DNA of 64,000 nt from Antedon mediterranea (taxonomy: Eukaryota; Animalia; Echinodermata), in NCBI RefSeq assembly GCF_964355755.1, contig NC_092670.1, positions 24,910,795 through 24,974,794 on the forward strand, read 5' to 3'. Within the stretch, counting starts at the first letter, position 1, and each line of letters opens with the position of its first letter. Below are positions 1 through 13,829 of the stretch, piece by piece. The notes below the pieces were generated by a model. The model saw only the letters and a list, made by a program, of their open reading frames with translations. It did no database searches and was not told the origin of the DNA. Both the position numbers and the translations under genes were made by a program.

Positions 1-671
1 TTTTATTATATTTAATGCAATCATGTGAGCATTGCTACTACATTTTAGTAAAGTTTTGGTTACAATTTTTTATGCATGTTTTATTACATCACATCCAACA
101 AGAATTAGAGTAAAAATGTTTAAAATAAAACTTTTACTACAGATCATCCAAGTTCAGTCATTTCCCAATAGCTTTATGTTTAACTACCAAATAAAACGAC
201 AATGAAATCATTTCACAAAATATAGAACTTTTGGTTTTAATATTTTCATTTTCATTTTATTGCCAAATTTACAATACACCCTAGACAACCAATTTTTGTA
301 TTTTTTAAACATTTTTAAGGCCATAACAAGAGGTTAAAAACAGCCGAGGAAAAGACGCTTTAACTATAATTATTGATATAAAATGACAAGCTGTGCTGGC
401 GATTGGTGGTGAAAACTGACAATTCAGATGAGGTGAGCGCATCATCTGCCTCGTTCTGGTTACAGCCCTGATTTTAAAATTAAATTTCCAACACAATTTT
501 TTCCTTTTTGGATACAAATAAGTCACAAGTGCTTCAAAAAATGAAATATATGTCTATAGTGCTTTTTTGTAGGAAAACATTTTACTAAATCAGTATGTAT
601 AGTAGTATCAAAAAGGGGACAGAAATCTGATATTGTTAGGTATCAATGACAATAATTTAATATAAAAATAT

Positions 672-828
672 GTATAATCCCATGTTCGAGTATAATCCCA
701 CCTCCTATATTTGCCTATATTTTGATACATTCCATTGATAACGCAATCCAAGTATAATCCCATCTCCTAACTTTCTCAGAATTTTGTAATAGTACCCTGG
801 GACTATGCTCAGTCATGGTAATACGGTA
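672..828. mobile_element. Tc1/mariner-like MITE remnant with GTATAATCCCA subterminal repeats (related piece at ~1338-1470)
   Basis: Three GTATAATCCCA copies, then an end GTAATACGG|TA resembling the CGG|TA terminus of the 45.2 kb element. Confidence 0.4.
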
Positions 829-2048
829 TGAAGATAATGAATGCCCTGCAGCAACTGCTATAAGATAAAACAAAGGTTATTTACAAGAAACTAAGCAAGT
901 TGAAATCTAGCACATCTACTGATGTTGTAATTGCTATTATGTCCATTAATGGAACACCATGAAGATGATGAGAGGACCTAGGACATTATTGATTATATAC
1001 TTGTGTTTCTCCTATAGCAATATTAATAGCCTTTGTTCTATCTTTGTTCGATGCTTTCTACATCAACATCCTTTGATTTAAATTGGCTGAGATAACAAGA
1101 CGGTAAAAGCTTCAATATTTTACGCATTTTATACCAATTAAAATAGATTAACCTCCAGGCTTTGTTCGGTTCTTTTGAATTTTTGTACTATTAAATTGTC
1201 ACCATTATAAATAAGTAGTCAATCACTGGACAGCCTACTTTAATGAAATTGCGTTAAAGAAATCTGTAAGTTGTAAATATGTTCACAATATTGGCAGTAA
1301 TACATTTTTTAAAACACTAATAATAGAATACAAATCCATGCTCAAGTATTTCCCATTCTATAATTTAGGCTAAATTAAAGAGCCAATATTTTAAAGCCAT
1401 CGAAGTATAATTCCACCCCTAATTTCTCCTAAAATTAACACCCAGGCCATCAGTGACTATGTAGTACTATACCATTTTTGCTTCATGCTCCCTAAACAAC
1501 TGGTCAACATATTTTTTTTAACAATTTTAAAAACTTGAGAACACTAAATTGTTTCCATTTCTACTGTCTACAAAAATTAAAGTATTAAACTAATTCAAAT
1601 GCTTTTAATCGATTGTTAGCAGAAAAACATGCCATCATAATGTTATATGTAAAAATACCGTTTATGATTTGTTTATAACCAAAATAATCTTACAGGACTT
1701 ATCATAAATTTGTAACTGAATAATTGATACATATAGTATCAATCTTAAAGTCTGATAAAAATAAATGAATCCATTTAAATCTTTGACTAACATTCCATTT
1801 AGAGAATAACATTACTCATCAGGAATCTTTAATTGACAACTTAATCAAATTGGTTTCAAATTACATTGAAACAAATGATGTTGTCAGTGGACCCTTCATT
1901 TGTAAAAGAAGATGATATGTCATGTTAAAGAATGTTCCAAGAGAAGCATTGTCAATTTAAAATGATTGTTTTTTGTAAAAAGTTACAACATTGTTTATCA
2001 ATATCATTATTATTTTTACAGTAAAAATGAGCTAAAGATTTATATTCT

Positions 2049-2751
2049 ACTTAAGTAACTAACGTGTAACTACTGAGCGACAACATTACTTACTTAAGTA
2101 ACTAACTTGTAACTACTGAGCGACAACATTACTTACTTACGGTAAGTAACTAACTTGTAACTACTGAGCGACAACATTACTTACTTACGGTAAGTAACTA
2201 ACTTGTAACTACTGAGCGACAACATTACTTACTTAAGTAACTAACTTGTAACTACTGAGCGACAACATTACTTACTTAAGTAACTAACTTGTAACTACTG
2301 AGCGAAAACATTACTTACTTAAGTAACTAACTTGTAACTACTGAGCGACAACATTACTTACTTACGGTAAGTAACTAACTTGTAACTACTGAGCGACAAC
2401 ATTACTTACTTAAGTAACTAACTTGTAACTACTGAGCGACAACATTACTTACTTAAGTAACTAACTTGTAACTACTGAGCGACAACATTACTTACTTAAG
2501 TAACTAACTTGTAACTACTGAGCGACAACATTACTTACTTAAGTAACTAACTTGTAACTACTGAGCGACCACATTACTTACTTAAGTAACTAACTTGTAA
2601 CTACTGAGCGACAACATTACTTACTTAAGTAACTAACTTGTAACTACTGAGCGACAACATTACTTACTTAAGTAACTAACTTGTAACTACTGAGCGACAA
2701 CATTACTTACTTAAGTAACTAACTTGCAACTACTGAGCGACATCATTACTT
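2049..2751. repeat. 43-bp minisatellite, ~16 copies (AAGTAACTAACTTGTAACTACTGAGCGACAACATTACTTACTT)
   Basis: Direct tandem copies; three units are 48 bp because of an extra CGGTA. Confidence 0.97.
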
Positions 2752-3516
2752 GATATCTTTACTTCAGTAATTATTATATTATATAATATTATTGTTAACA
2801 GTACTTTATTGTTAACAGTACTGTATTATTTATCCTTATTAATATTTATGAATATTTTTCTTTATTATTATAGTATTGCTAGTGTATTGACTGAGTGATT
2901 AATAACAATACTGTTTAACAAAATATAAATGACAAAATGTCGTAAACGTTTTTGAAATATTTGTTTGATAACATATTAATAAAGGCCTTGGTGTGTGAAC
3001 AGAACTTAACAGAGCAAAGTACTGAATACACATGAGGAATAATTTAATTAGCCAATAAGACATGTAATGAGAACAGTTGGCAATCATCAGATATTTTATT
3101 AGTGATTTGAGTGACATAACGTTACAGACGCTGAGGTAGAAGAAGATTTGATACAATCATCCTGTTGACATCATCTATCCTATTCAATTGTATTGTTATA
3201 GAAAAATATATAATAGTACTGTATAAAAACCCAAAGGCAAATTGCTGAAGAAATCAGTGGCTGGATCTCAATGGAAATACAAAATAAAATAAGCAAAAAG
3301 CTAAATCAAACAATAAAATGAAACAGCCAGAACAATTAGCAGAGCTTTCGGGCAACACTAGCCCTTCATCAGTGCAAGTGATACTGTATATTGTTTTCTT
3401 ATTTCCTTTTATTCAGGAGATACTGACATTAAAGGGACATTATACTGTGAATAGAACAAAGGGACATTCAAGGGACACTGATATTAAGGGGACACATTGT
3501 TTGGTGATGTTGCTAA

Positions 3517-3769
3517 AGCCTGGTTTCCATTAAAATCGCCACAGCGTTTCCATTAAAATCGCTACACGCGCAGATGTCGCCGACGCAATCGGGAAGATTC
3601 ATCGCAGTCAAATCGGCAAAACCATGTTTAACTTTGCTTATTGTGTCGGCGATGAATCGTATACGCGTACCAAAGAATATTTAGCGCTCGCGTACTAGAT
3701 CCCCGATAAATTCTAGCGTTTCCATAGAATCGCTATGCTCTGTCTTGTAGCGATTTTTTAAACCAGGCT
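3517..3769. mobile_element. Harbinger-like MITE nested in an older TTAAGGGGACAC-family element
   Basis: TIR AGCCTGGTTT...AAACCAGGCT with AAAATCGC/GCGATTTT inner arms, flanked TAA/TAG; host halves ATTAAGGGGACAC (3483) and GTGTTCCTTAGTAGAGGTTTT (~3774). Confidence 0.65.
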
Positions 3770-4358
3770 TAGGGTGTTCCTTAGTAGAGGTTTTAATGTA
3801 TATGTTTGATATTGTATAAATTTGTAATTGTGATCTTTCATAAGCACCCAATAAATGAAATATATTTATAAAAACAAAATATTAAAATTAAATTACATAT
3901 TTTTCCTTTATACATTATTGCGCTTTTTAATCATAGAATCTTGGTAAGAACAATATATATGCAAAGATAACAGTAAATTAATGACCAGTATTATGGATGG
4001 ACTATGCTTTGGGTGCTGTCTTGGGTATTGTTCTAATCTGTAGTAATCAACATATGCATAAATCTATCACTTTTTAAATCTTTAGGCCTGTGGTTACAGT
4101 TAACATTTTTTGCATGAAAACTTCAGCCATGTATCAAATCTGACATTAAAAAAAGAATTTTATGTTGTTGAATAAAATTTATATGAAAACTTTTAATAGC
4201 TGCACATGCAGTTTGGGTAATCACGTCCAGTAGTGATTGGTTCAATGTTGACATATGAGCACTCGTGAACACTAGCTAGTTCTTAATTAACTTTAAATCG
4301 TGCCGCATGCACGGTATGGTAACCACTATTCACTACAATCCATTCTATATAGACATTA

Positions 4359-4410
4359 AGCTCTGTCTACACTTTCCAGCTTTTTGTCGAACTAGTTTGA
4401 TAGTGTACAC
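4359..4410. mobile_element. MITE family A, collapsed remnant
   Basis: AGCTCTGTCTACACT...ACTAGTTTGATAGTGTACAC. Confidence 0.6.
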
Positions 4411-4950
4411 AACTTTTCATTTCCGTTCAGTTGCTTGAAAGTCAACATAAACATTCTTGTGCAACTAGGTCCTTTCAATTGAGTTGTTTTCAGGTCAACA
4501 CAAACCTACCTTTAAACAAAACTATAGTCCTAGTTCATGAAATGCAATTTAAATAACTATTAAAAGTACAAGATTAACATTGGTTATTTGATCATGTACT
4601 TAGAATTGAAGAAAACTACAAGTTGTAAAGAATTTGAAGCAATTAATGTGTTGGTTTGTTTTTTCTCACAATTGTCCATATTTCTAAAGTGACCTCTGAC
4701 TAAGCATACTAGAATATTGGTTGCTTTAACACTGTAATTACCAATGTGGTATGATGAAAGTCGGACAGGCCTAGAAGTCATTACAAGACAAATTAAAGTA
4801 CTTTTTTATATGGATTTTAAAAATGCAATTTGTAATGTCTTAACAAATGTATCTTTTTCAGCAATTAAAGAACTTCATGCTTTGATATGCCAACTTACAG
4901 TATTTTTGTTTTAATCAACCAACAAATGAAATGATGGTTTTGATCTGTAA

Positions 4951-5036
4951 AGCTCTGTCTACACTATCAAACTTAATGTAATGTACCCATGTATCATATG
5001 GGCACATCATACTAGTTTGATAGTGTAGACAGAGCT
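4951..5036. mobile_element. MITE family A (PIF/Harbinger-like), short copy
   Basis: TIR AGCTCTGTCTACACTATCAAACT...AGTTTGATAGTGTAGACAGAGCT with TAA on both flanks. Confidence 0.85.
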
Positions 5037-6194
5037 TAATACAGTGGTTGTTTAAATTCCAAAACTAAAATGTGAGACTCTTTGGTTTAAACATTGAATT
5101 TTACTATGAGGCACATAATTAAAATTCATTCAAATCATTTGACATGGCCCCTAGGTAACCCGAAAGGGAAACATTTTAGTTGGTCAAACTATAAATAATT
5201 GAAATGTACCATGCTATATTAACTTTAATTAAATTATTACGGCAGCATTTGTAAATATTTTAGTTGGGTAGTAATACTAAAACTTTATGGACACATTCAT
5301 TCATTGTAAGTAAATGAAACAATGGTTTTCATATTTCAACAAAAGAAAACAATTAGTAAATAATTGATGCATATAAACGCCTACATGTGTTATAATATCC
5401 ATTTACGACACGATACCTAGCATTAACAAACCTCTTTTCAGTAATGTTACACCTTCTTGTCTGAGTAGGTTCAAAGAGTCATTTATTTATGAATTCAAAA
5501 GTTTGGTAAGAAAGCAATTGTTATTACTAGACTGGGACCCAGCGTAACCCCATGAGAAAGAAGGGTTTCTGATGCACAAGGATTTTCCCATGTTCATATT
5601 ACTGAATCTTTGAATTAAAATAATAACGTAATGTGTCTTGGCAAGCACAGTCTGTGAGTTTCCAGCCCAGTATGTGTGGTATATATATTACATTATAAAT
5701 CAATCGTCTTATTTATAAGGCGCCATATCAACAGGACTTCTGTAATTTATGATACTTCAACAACATAAATTACAAGAGGAGACAGAGCTTTAGTGTGTTT
5801 AATGACATAATTAGTAAACACAGCTATTCTTGTATCCAGAGCATCAATGGAGGAGCTATCCATAAGATACATGATCCTGTTGATTGCTCTGCTAAATGGT
5901 AAATGTTTGAGGTAGTTAGAGCTAGCCATAACAGTCTGTTGTGAATTGATTGGCCTGGGAAATTGTAAATGTTACATTAAAGTTAATTAATGTTAAAGTG
6001 TTGAAAGGAGAGAATAAAATTATTGTGCATTCAAACTTGCACTTGTGCTGACCCAAAAGGTTTTAATGGTCATTGTGTATTTTGAAAAGACCACTTGGGA
6101 GAAGTTGCGCAGAGCATCGGTTTGGTAGAGTTGCTGTACTATAATAGAAATTTTACGATAGCCTGTATGATGATTATGACTATGTAGACACTTA

Positions 6195-6373
6195 AGCGTG
6201 GTTCCCACTAGCGACGCAACACAAGGACGTAACGCAACGCAAGTGAATTGACCAATCACAAGCGATGGCTTATTCGCTTGTGATTGCTAACTGTCTATAA
6301 CTTAGCTTGTCATTGGTTAAAACACTTGCGCTGCGTTTACGTTCTTGCGTTACGTTCTAGTGGGAACCAAGCT
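6195..6373. mobile_element. MITE family B (PIF/Harbinger-like)
   Basis: TIR AGCGTGGTTCCCACTAG...CTAGTGGGAACCAAGCT, TTA on both flanks, largely palindromic body; relatives at 29663, ~37362-37520 and ~41843. Confidence 0.85.
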
Positions 6374-7328
6374 TTACTGACGCGTAGGTGTTTACCAACG
6401 CATAGTCTTACGCGAATGTTATTACGCAGTCATCCTTATACCCTACTATTTTGTAAACTCAATATTTCAGTAAAGAGGTCACACTTGAGTGCACATGATA
6501 TATTTCTGCAGGTTGAAATCCCCAGGTAAATATATTATCCATACATTCATAATAATGCTTTATTAACAACATTCAATTGATTGATGAAAAATAATGTTTA
6601 ATGTTCCAAATACTGATGATTTTTATATTATGTAGTAAATTATTTATTTATCATCAATAAAAATCCTTAAGCTATAAATACCTTTAATTTGAAAATGAAT
6701 ATTATGTGCTATTGAATAAATCCTCCCATCATAATGATACTAGCTGCTTTTGTCATTGATACCGCATAAAGCAATCGCTTTTGACTGTTTGCATTTGACG
6801 TATTTAATTATTATAACGTTGAACTTAGAAAGATGAACATAAATCAGTCATCAGATTTGAAGAAACAAAATATATCTGATTTGAATTTGATATTTCTGCT
6901 AAAGCCAATAACAGGCTAATTGTCTACTAAATCAAATCAATTAATTACCTAATAAGATTGTTGATAAGTCTTTTAGACATTAATTACAAAGGTAACAATA
7001 AAGCACACTGACTAATAAAGATTTTAAGGAGTTTACGAAAGAGGACGTTATGGGGATGATGATGATGTAAAGATGTTGCTTACTGATGCGAAAGAATTCT
7101 GTTTCAAATCTTGATTTACGCAACCATCATACATCAGTGATCATCGTTACGCAGTTATGCTCATATAATCCTTTTTTCCGAAACTCAAAACCTAATGCTA
7201 ACTTTATTTCATGAACAATACCACAGTGCTATAGTATTAATAGAACTATAGTATACAGTATTTACTATAGTGCTACACAGTAGTATATTTACTATACATT
7301 AGTGCATTTATGATATGGTAGTGCTTAG

Positions 7329-7670
7329 TATATTTACCATAGTGCTATTGTATATTTACCATAGTGCTATTGTATATTTACCATAGTGCTATTGTATATT
7401 TACCATAGTGCTATTGTATATTTACCATAGTGCTATTGTATATTTACCATAGTGCTATTGTATATTTACCATAGTGCTATTGTATATTTACCATAGTGCT
7501 ATTGTATATTTACCATAGTGCTATTGTATATTTACCATAGTGCTATTGTATATTTACCATAGTGCTATTGTATATTTACCATAGTGCTATTGTATATTTA
7601 CCATAGTGCTATTGTATATTTACCATAGTGCTATTGTATATTTACCATAGTGCTATTGTATATGTACTAT
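7329..7670. repeat. 22-bp minisatellite, ~15 copies (TATTTACCATAGTGCTATTGTA)
   Basis: Near-perfect tandem copies with a degenerate left flank. Confidence 0.97.
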
Positions 7671-10600
7671 ATCACCTGTCTTCCTTTGCCTACTTATATC
7701 CATCAAGCAACTTCAATTGTTAATATTAAAAGGCAATTTTAAAACTAAATTTTTGATTTTTAAGTGCATTGAGCATAATGTGTATAAACCAAAATTATTT
7801 AAAGGAATATTATACATGATTTTATATATAAAAAATGTCCGTTATTCACTGTATTATCTTGTAATTTATTAAAGGCTTAAAAGAATGCATGAACAAAATG
7901 TCAGAACAATCTGTAGAGTTTAATTTACAGAAAACCTTACGGGTAACAAGTAAATTGTCAGCTAACAACTAACTATTAAATATCCTGTAACATCTAATAC
8001 ACATATATTTTCATTATTTTCTCATGATTGCTACATAGAAGACATCAATCATGCATTTCTTTTGACTGAGAGCCTTCACTGTTTTCATCATCAAAGTGAT
8101 CTACGTGGTAATATGAAATTATGCGACGAGATATAAAAGCCCAAGGTTTTTTTCCATTATACAATGATTAATATAAAAACTCAACGAGGTGGATAATACT
8201 TTTTTAATGTTGCCCCTGGAAATGCAACCTCAATAACTAGTTTAAAGAGGCATTCAAATTAATTATACCAATATAATAATGTTTAAACTAATATATTAAA
8301 TGTATAAATTAATATATGTTTTATTTTAGCCCCTGAGGCTGACAATAGCTAAAAATAGAATCACCTATTTTTATAAATCTGTAGATCTGTTTAGTTTTAA
8401 AACTGAATTAATTGGTGATGGTGATAATGTAGCAAATAAAGCACCAAAATAAGTTTAGTCAAATATGAATTTCAAGATTGAATACAAATTTTGACTATTT
8501 TTATTATGATCTCTTCACACATGGTTTTTAAAATTTTGTTTTAGCCTACGTAGCGTAATAATTTAGTAGCGTTCGCAATAACACTGGTCCGCCAGCCAAT
8601 GGCCAGTTAAATGTGTGGTGGACCAGTTAAATAGTCAAATAAGTCTGCTTGGCCAGCTAAAATTTCTGTGAAATCTGACGAAATATGAATAATAATACTC
8701 AATTCACCTTGTCACGATTTAAAGGTAATGTTCAGGTTGATTGCCTCCCAATTATATAAGCCAATATTATGTGACCAGTAAAAGGAGTGGAGGACCAGTA
8801 TAATGTATTTTTACTGGTTCTTTTGTTTAGTTTAAGGAGACACCTGTGATAGCTTTTAATTTATCATGTTTTGATATCATTATTTTAATTACATAGTCTC
8901 CTTCCAAATAATATTTTTAAAATAGATTTTTATTCCTTCATATTTTTTATTATGTGGAAAATAAATATTACTATTACTATCCAACCTGTTAAAATGTATC
9001 TGTCAAATGGCCAAATTGTGTTAGCTATTAAGTATAAGCATAGCTAAAGTATCCAAAATATAGATAAAGTATCCAAAGTATAGCTAAAATATTAATTTTA
9101 AAGCATTTCTTTGAATCTATAAATTTACTGTATAAACACACCAACAAGAATATTCCTCTTCTTATATTTTCTCATCAATTACATGACTAAAATCTGCTGC
9201 CCAACACAAGACAGCAATATTTGATTAATGATTCCATCAAAACAGACTATTTGTAGTGGAGTGCATCGGAAAAGCACACATCAAAATTAACCATAATGTT
9301 TTCAAACACTTTGATGCATATAATAGCTCGGCCTTGATACATGTAGGTAAAAGCAACGATGGCGCTCTTATCGCAGCATGTTCATTAGACGCTATAACTT
9401 AATTGTACATTACGTTAATTGGCATAGACATTAAATTGGTCAAGTTAAGTAAAGCAAATTACTTTTTTTAACTACTTTAAAGTAGACGTTTTTAAAATGT
9501 CTCATGTCAATTTTTTGAAGTGCTGGGCGAAACTTAAATAACGCTTAAATAATGTAAAATGCCATAGAGCACACAAGTAGTAGTACTTATACAAAAAGTT
9601 ACTACTAATATAGTTTAATAAAAGTCATCAACAAAATAATTCAGCAACTTTTGTATCAGATTATTATTTATATTGTATTGAACCACAAATATAAATTATC
9701 ATTTCATAAGGTGAATCCATAAAACATCCTATAAATATTTTACTAAAACCTCTATTAATTAGAAAACTTACCCTGCCACAAATCAATAATGTGCACTGTT
9801 GCGACACACAGATACTTTCAACCTCCATACAAAGTACGTCAGTATGGAATAAGTGGAAAGGCATGCAGCTATATATAGTTAAGCTACTGGCATCTACTTT
9901 ATTATATATTGTACATGCAATTCATACCATATTATATATCTGGGACCAAACATCCTACGATTATGAGACTTGTCAAAATTATCTTACTGCAGTTACTGCA
10001 GTAACCATTGAAAGGAGTCATACAAAGAAGGTAGGATGTCCATCAATGTTCCTGCAGGTAATATTTTCTTCCAAAGACAATATAATAATTTTGACAAAGC
10101 AAATAATTCCAGTCTGAAAATGATGCTATATACGCAGCCAGGTCATAAGCCAGGTCATAGGTCATCGGGCATGCATTGATTGGATGAAGCCTTGGTCCAA
10201 TAATCTTTAAATGTCATAAATAATATAAATTTCATCAAAAAAACAATCACTCATTCCCTGAATAACAACTGAAGATCACACATGAACTGCTATTTATTAT
10301 ATTTATATTATATGCAATGTCTTAGATCTCTAATTCCACATATCCAGGACTTATTATGATATAAATAATATGGAATCTGAAATATCCTAATCTAGAAGAT
10401 ACTGTCATCATGCATAAGTAACCATGCAATCTTCATAGCAAGACCATGCAGGTTGATATTAGAAATAGGGTCCAAATACTGCAGCAATCTATTATAAAGA
10501 ATATATACATATAGATTTACTGCAGTAAATACAATAGTAACTGCAGAATATTTTGTAGTATATAATGACAAGGTTTAAAACATATTTGATTCAGTAGATC

Positions 10601-13600
10601 AAGCATGCAATAGCATTCCATTCTGCGTATATTATATCGAACAGCAAAACATTAGCACGGCAAAGTCATCACCAACAATGCGCGTGAGCGTGTGAGTTAT
10701 GACTCTTTAAACATGCAGTACGTTTTTTTTTACCTGGCCCTGAACACCGTGAGGGTGTGATGCAATTTGTTGCAAATAACCGTGAGAAGTGTACGTGTGC
10801 AACGAACGTGAAGAAGCGAAAGATGGGGAGAAAAGCATACATACATTTTTCGTGAAATTTACGTGATTAATAATAAGACGATTAAAATTAAAATATACAA
10901 TACAAAGAAATACATTTAAAATATTTTTACAAATACTATTACATACCAAAAACATAACGATTTCAATATTGTGAGTGTAAATGTGTATAAAGATGAAAAC
11001 AATTATATTTAAATTTTTATTTAAATTTTATTGAAACATCATCTGTTATATTAACACTTTGATTAAAAAAATCATGAGATATTGCAATTTTTAAATTAAT
11101 TTCTATTAAATAATATTCAGGATCAATTTTGTCAAAAACTAATGAAAGTACAGGGTTATTTATTATAATTAACGGGAAATTAGCGAAGATGGTATAATTG
11201 CGTACCATCAAAAACACATCATCAAATGGAGACGCTAATGGAATGATCATCTTGATAGATTAAGAATAAATCTTGCAAGGCAGGTGGAGGGAATCCAAGT
11301 AATTTTATCATCAATGAAGTAAATTCAAGAAAATTACTTTTCCTTTCAAACAATTGAAGGTCGCTGTATTATCCGAGAATTTCTAAACGACGTAACGCTG
11401 GATTTGGTTCGGTTGAGTTAATAACGGATATGGCTTGTTATGTTCTATGTAGCGTGGAGTCAAATTTACATCAGAGTTATTATTTATTCACTGCTTTTAT
11501 AATATTATAAGAATTTTCTCTATTTTCTTACAATTAGTCACAAGTCATTGCATGCCTTGTAAGCAATTAAAGTTTTATACGTAAAATCGCAGAGGAGAAC
11601 GAAAGCTAAAACACAAGTTTCAAATTACAAACACCCGGTTAAAATTAATATTAAATATTTATAAAATTTAATGAAACTTCTGTTTCATATTTCTTGATGT
11701 TTTTACGGTAATGGTTAAATCCTGTGTTGTTACTAAGTGTTTTACATTTTTCAATGAATTGTTTATAATATTGTGAAGCTAATTTGGCTAAAAGCAGGAT
11801 TGTGAATTATAAATTTAGTATTAGTGCCTTGTCTAGACAATCACAGCTTTTTGGAAAAAATAATATCATCATTGTTAGTATAGGGCTAGAATATTTAACT
11901 ATTCTAAACTAAAATCCATTTTTATCATAACATTTTATGATTCCAAATTGTCCAAAAAAATGTTTTTGTCTATACGTTTATCATTGTATGCAAGTGCATA
12001 GGGTATATAATGCAGTGTGAACACCAATATATACATTGATATACATTACATTACGCAACACACAAAACAACATTCAATAAATTAGAAATTCTTGAATAGA
12101 ATTTAGCGGTATGAGAACTTCAAAAACTGAAGAAGGACTAACTTGAATCTTCAGGGCTGCCATTTATCTTTGTGCTTAAGTGAAGATATTTAAGCAGTGC
12201 TAATAAGTGAAAAATTCCTTTAGCTTTATTAATCAAATTAGTTTTTTATACTTTAGGAATAGACTTTGCCATCGAAGATTTAGGGGAACAAAATATGCAT
12301 AAGAATGTTTTTTGAAAACTGACTTATTATAGCAAAATGAAAAAATATTATTTGTTGCTAAAGCATGTTTGATAAATGGACACCTGTAATTTACAGGGTG
12401 TACCCTGAATAAGCTGAGTGCAAGCATTAAATTGAAATATTGTATGCGCACAAAATAAAAAAACAACCATCAAGTTTTCATAAGAATCAAGTGTTTCTGT
12501 ACATTTCAAATTTTGTCATAAATTATATTTAAATGGCCAAAAAAACATCCAAAATGAACTATATTACTGGCTTATGTAATTAATATTGAATTGAAATAAA
12601 GTGATTTATTATAATATTCACTGATACAAAAATAACCAGAAGTTAAAGGTTTTTTCCCAGAACAGTACAGTTTTATATCAATTTTTATAATAAATTATAT
12701 TTTTAATCAAAAAAAATTATAAACAGACGTATACTCTACAAATGTAATTTATGTTGAATTGAAATAAAGTTATTTATTAATAATATTCACTGATTGGAAA
12801 AAAAGCAATTTGATCATAAAACACAAAGAACACTCATACAAAAAGATATATAACAATTAACAAAAAAAGACTAAAAAAAAACATTATTAAATATACCACT
12901 TAACATAACAAATTCGTATTCACAATAAGTGAAGGAATATAAAAAATATTTCAAGCATTTAAACACTTTGTTAATTAAATTCATAATTGCAAAAAATAGA
13001 TTACAATAAATATTCGGTATAAAAATATAAACCAAAGCATTTGAAACAAAAATGAAAGGTAGTTTGTGTACAAAATTGCTCGAAGATAACCAATTAAACA
13101 TTATAGATATTGTTATTATTTAAATAAGAAAGAATAAGAAAAAACCAAACAAACCAAAATAAAGTAGGTTAATACTTTTCAAAGCAATTTATGTAAATTT
13201 CAAAGGTCAGCTATTTTTAAAAGACATTTTATAATCCTGTTTTGGAGAAGGTATACAATTGTAGACTTGTGTTAATGACAAGACAACTAAATCAAAACAA
13301 TTGTATTAATAAATAGTATTAATATGGAATACTGCAGTAAAGGTGCTGCAGAAACAATTAGAGCTCATTTAAATGACATTGATACATGTAATGACTTGTT
13401 GGAAACTTTCCTTTGAATTAATGAACATTTTAAAAACTTAATTATTTTGGACTGGCTAAATTTCCTTCAGCGGAAAGTCTATTTGGCTATTATGATGTTG
13501 ATTTTGATGATGTTGATAATAATGACGATGACAATGATAGTGATACCAAAAACAGGAATATGCCAACTAGTATCAAAGCATGACCATGCACACCCTTCAC

Positions 13601-13829
13601 CATCCCACACATCTGTAGTGCAGATTGCATTTTGTGCTGTTGAACTTCCTATCTTAAGTATCAAACAAGTTCCAGAAACCAAAATGGCCCCATGGCATCA
13701 TGCATTCCAGGTAGAAGGCCTACAATTTTTGTAATGGGTGCGCTTTTTGTATAATTGTCTAAAAAGTAAAAAAACGTAATAGTAGTCAACTACTTTGTGT
13801 ATAACTATAAATAAAAAGAAGAAGCTTAC

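Noticed and set aside
2049-2751. CRISPR-like array
   Set aside because: Units are contiguous with no unique spacers, no cas genes, and the context is eukaryotic; the same applies to the other arrays.
5908-5930. let-7-like TGAGGTAGT (and miR-1-like TGGAATGTAAA at ~24858)
   Set aside because: Only the first 9-11 nt match; no mature-length identity or precursor hairpin seen.
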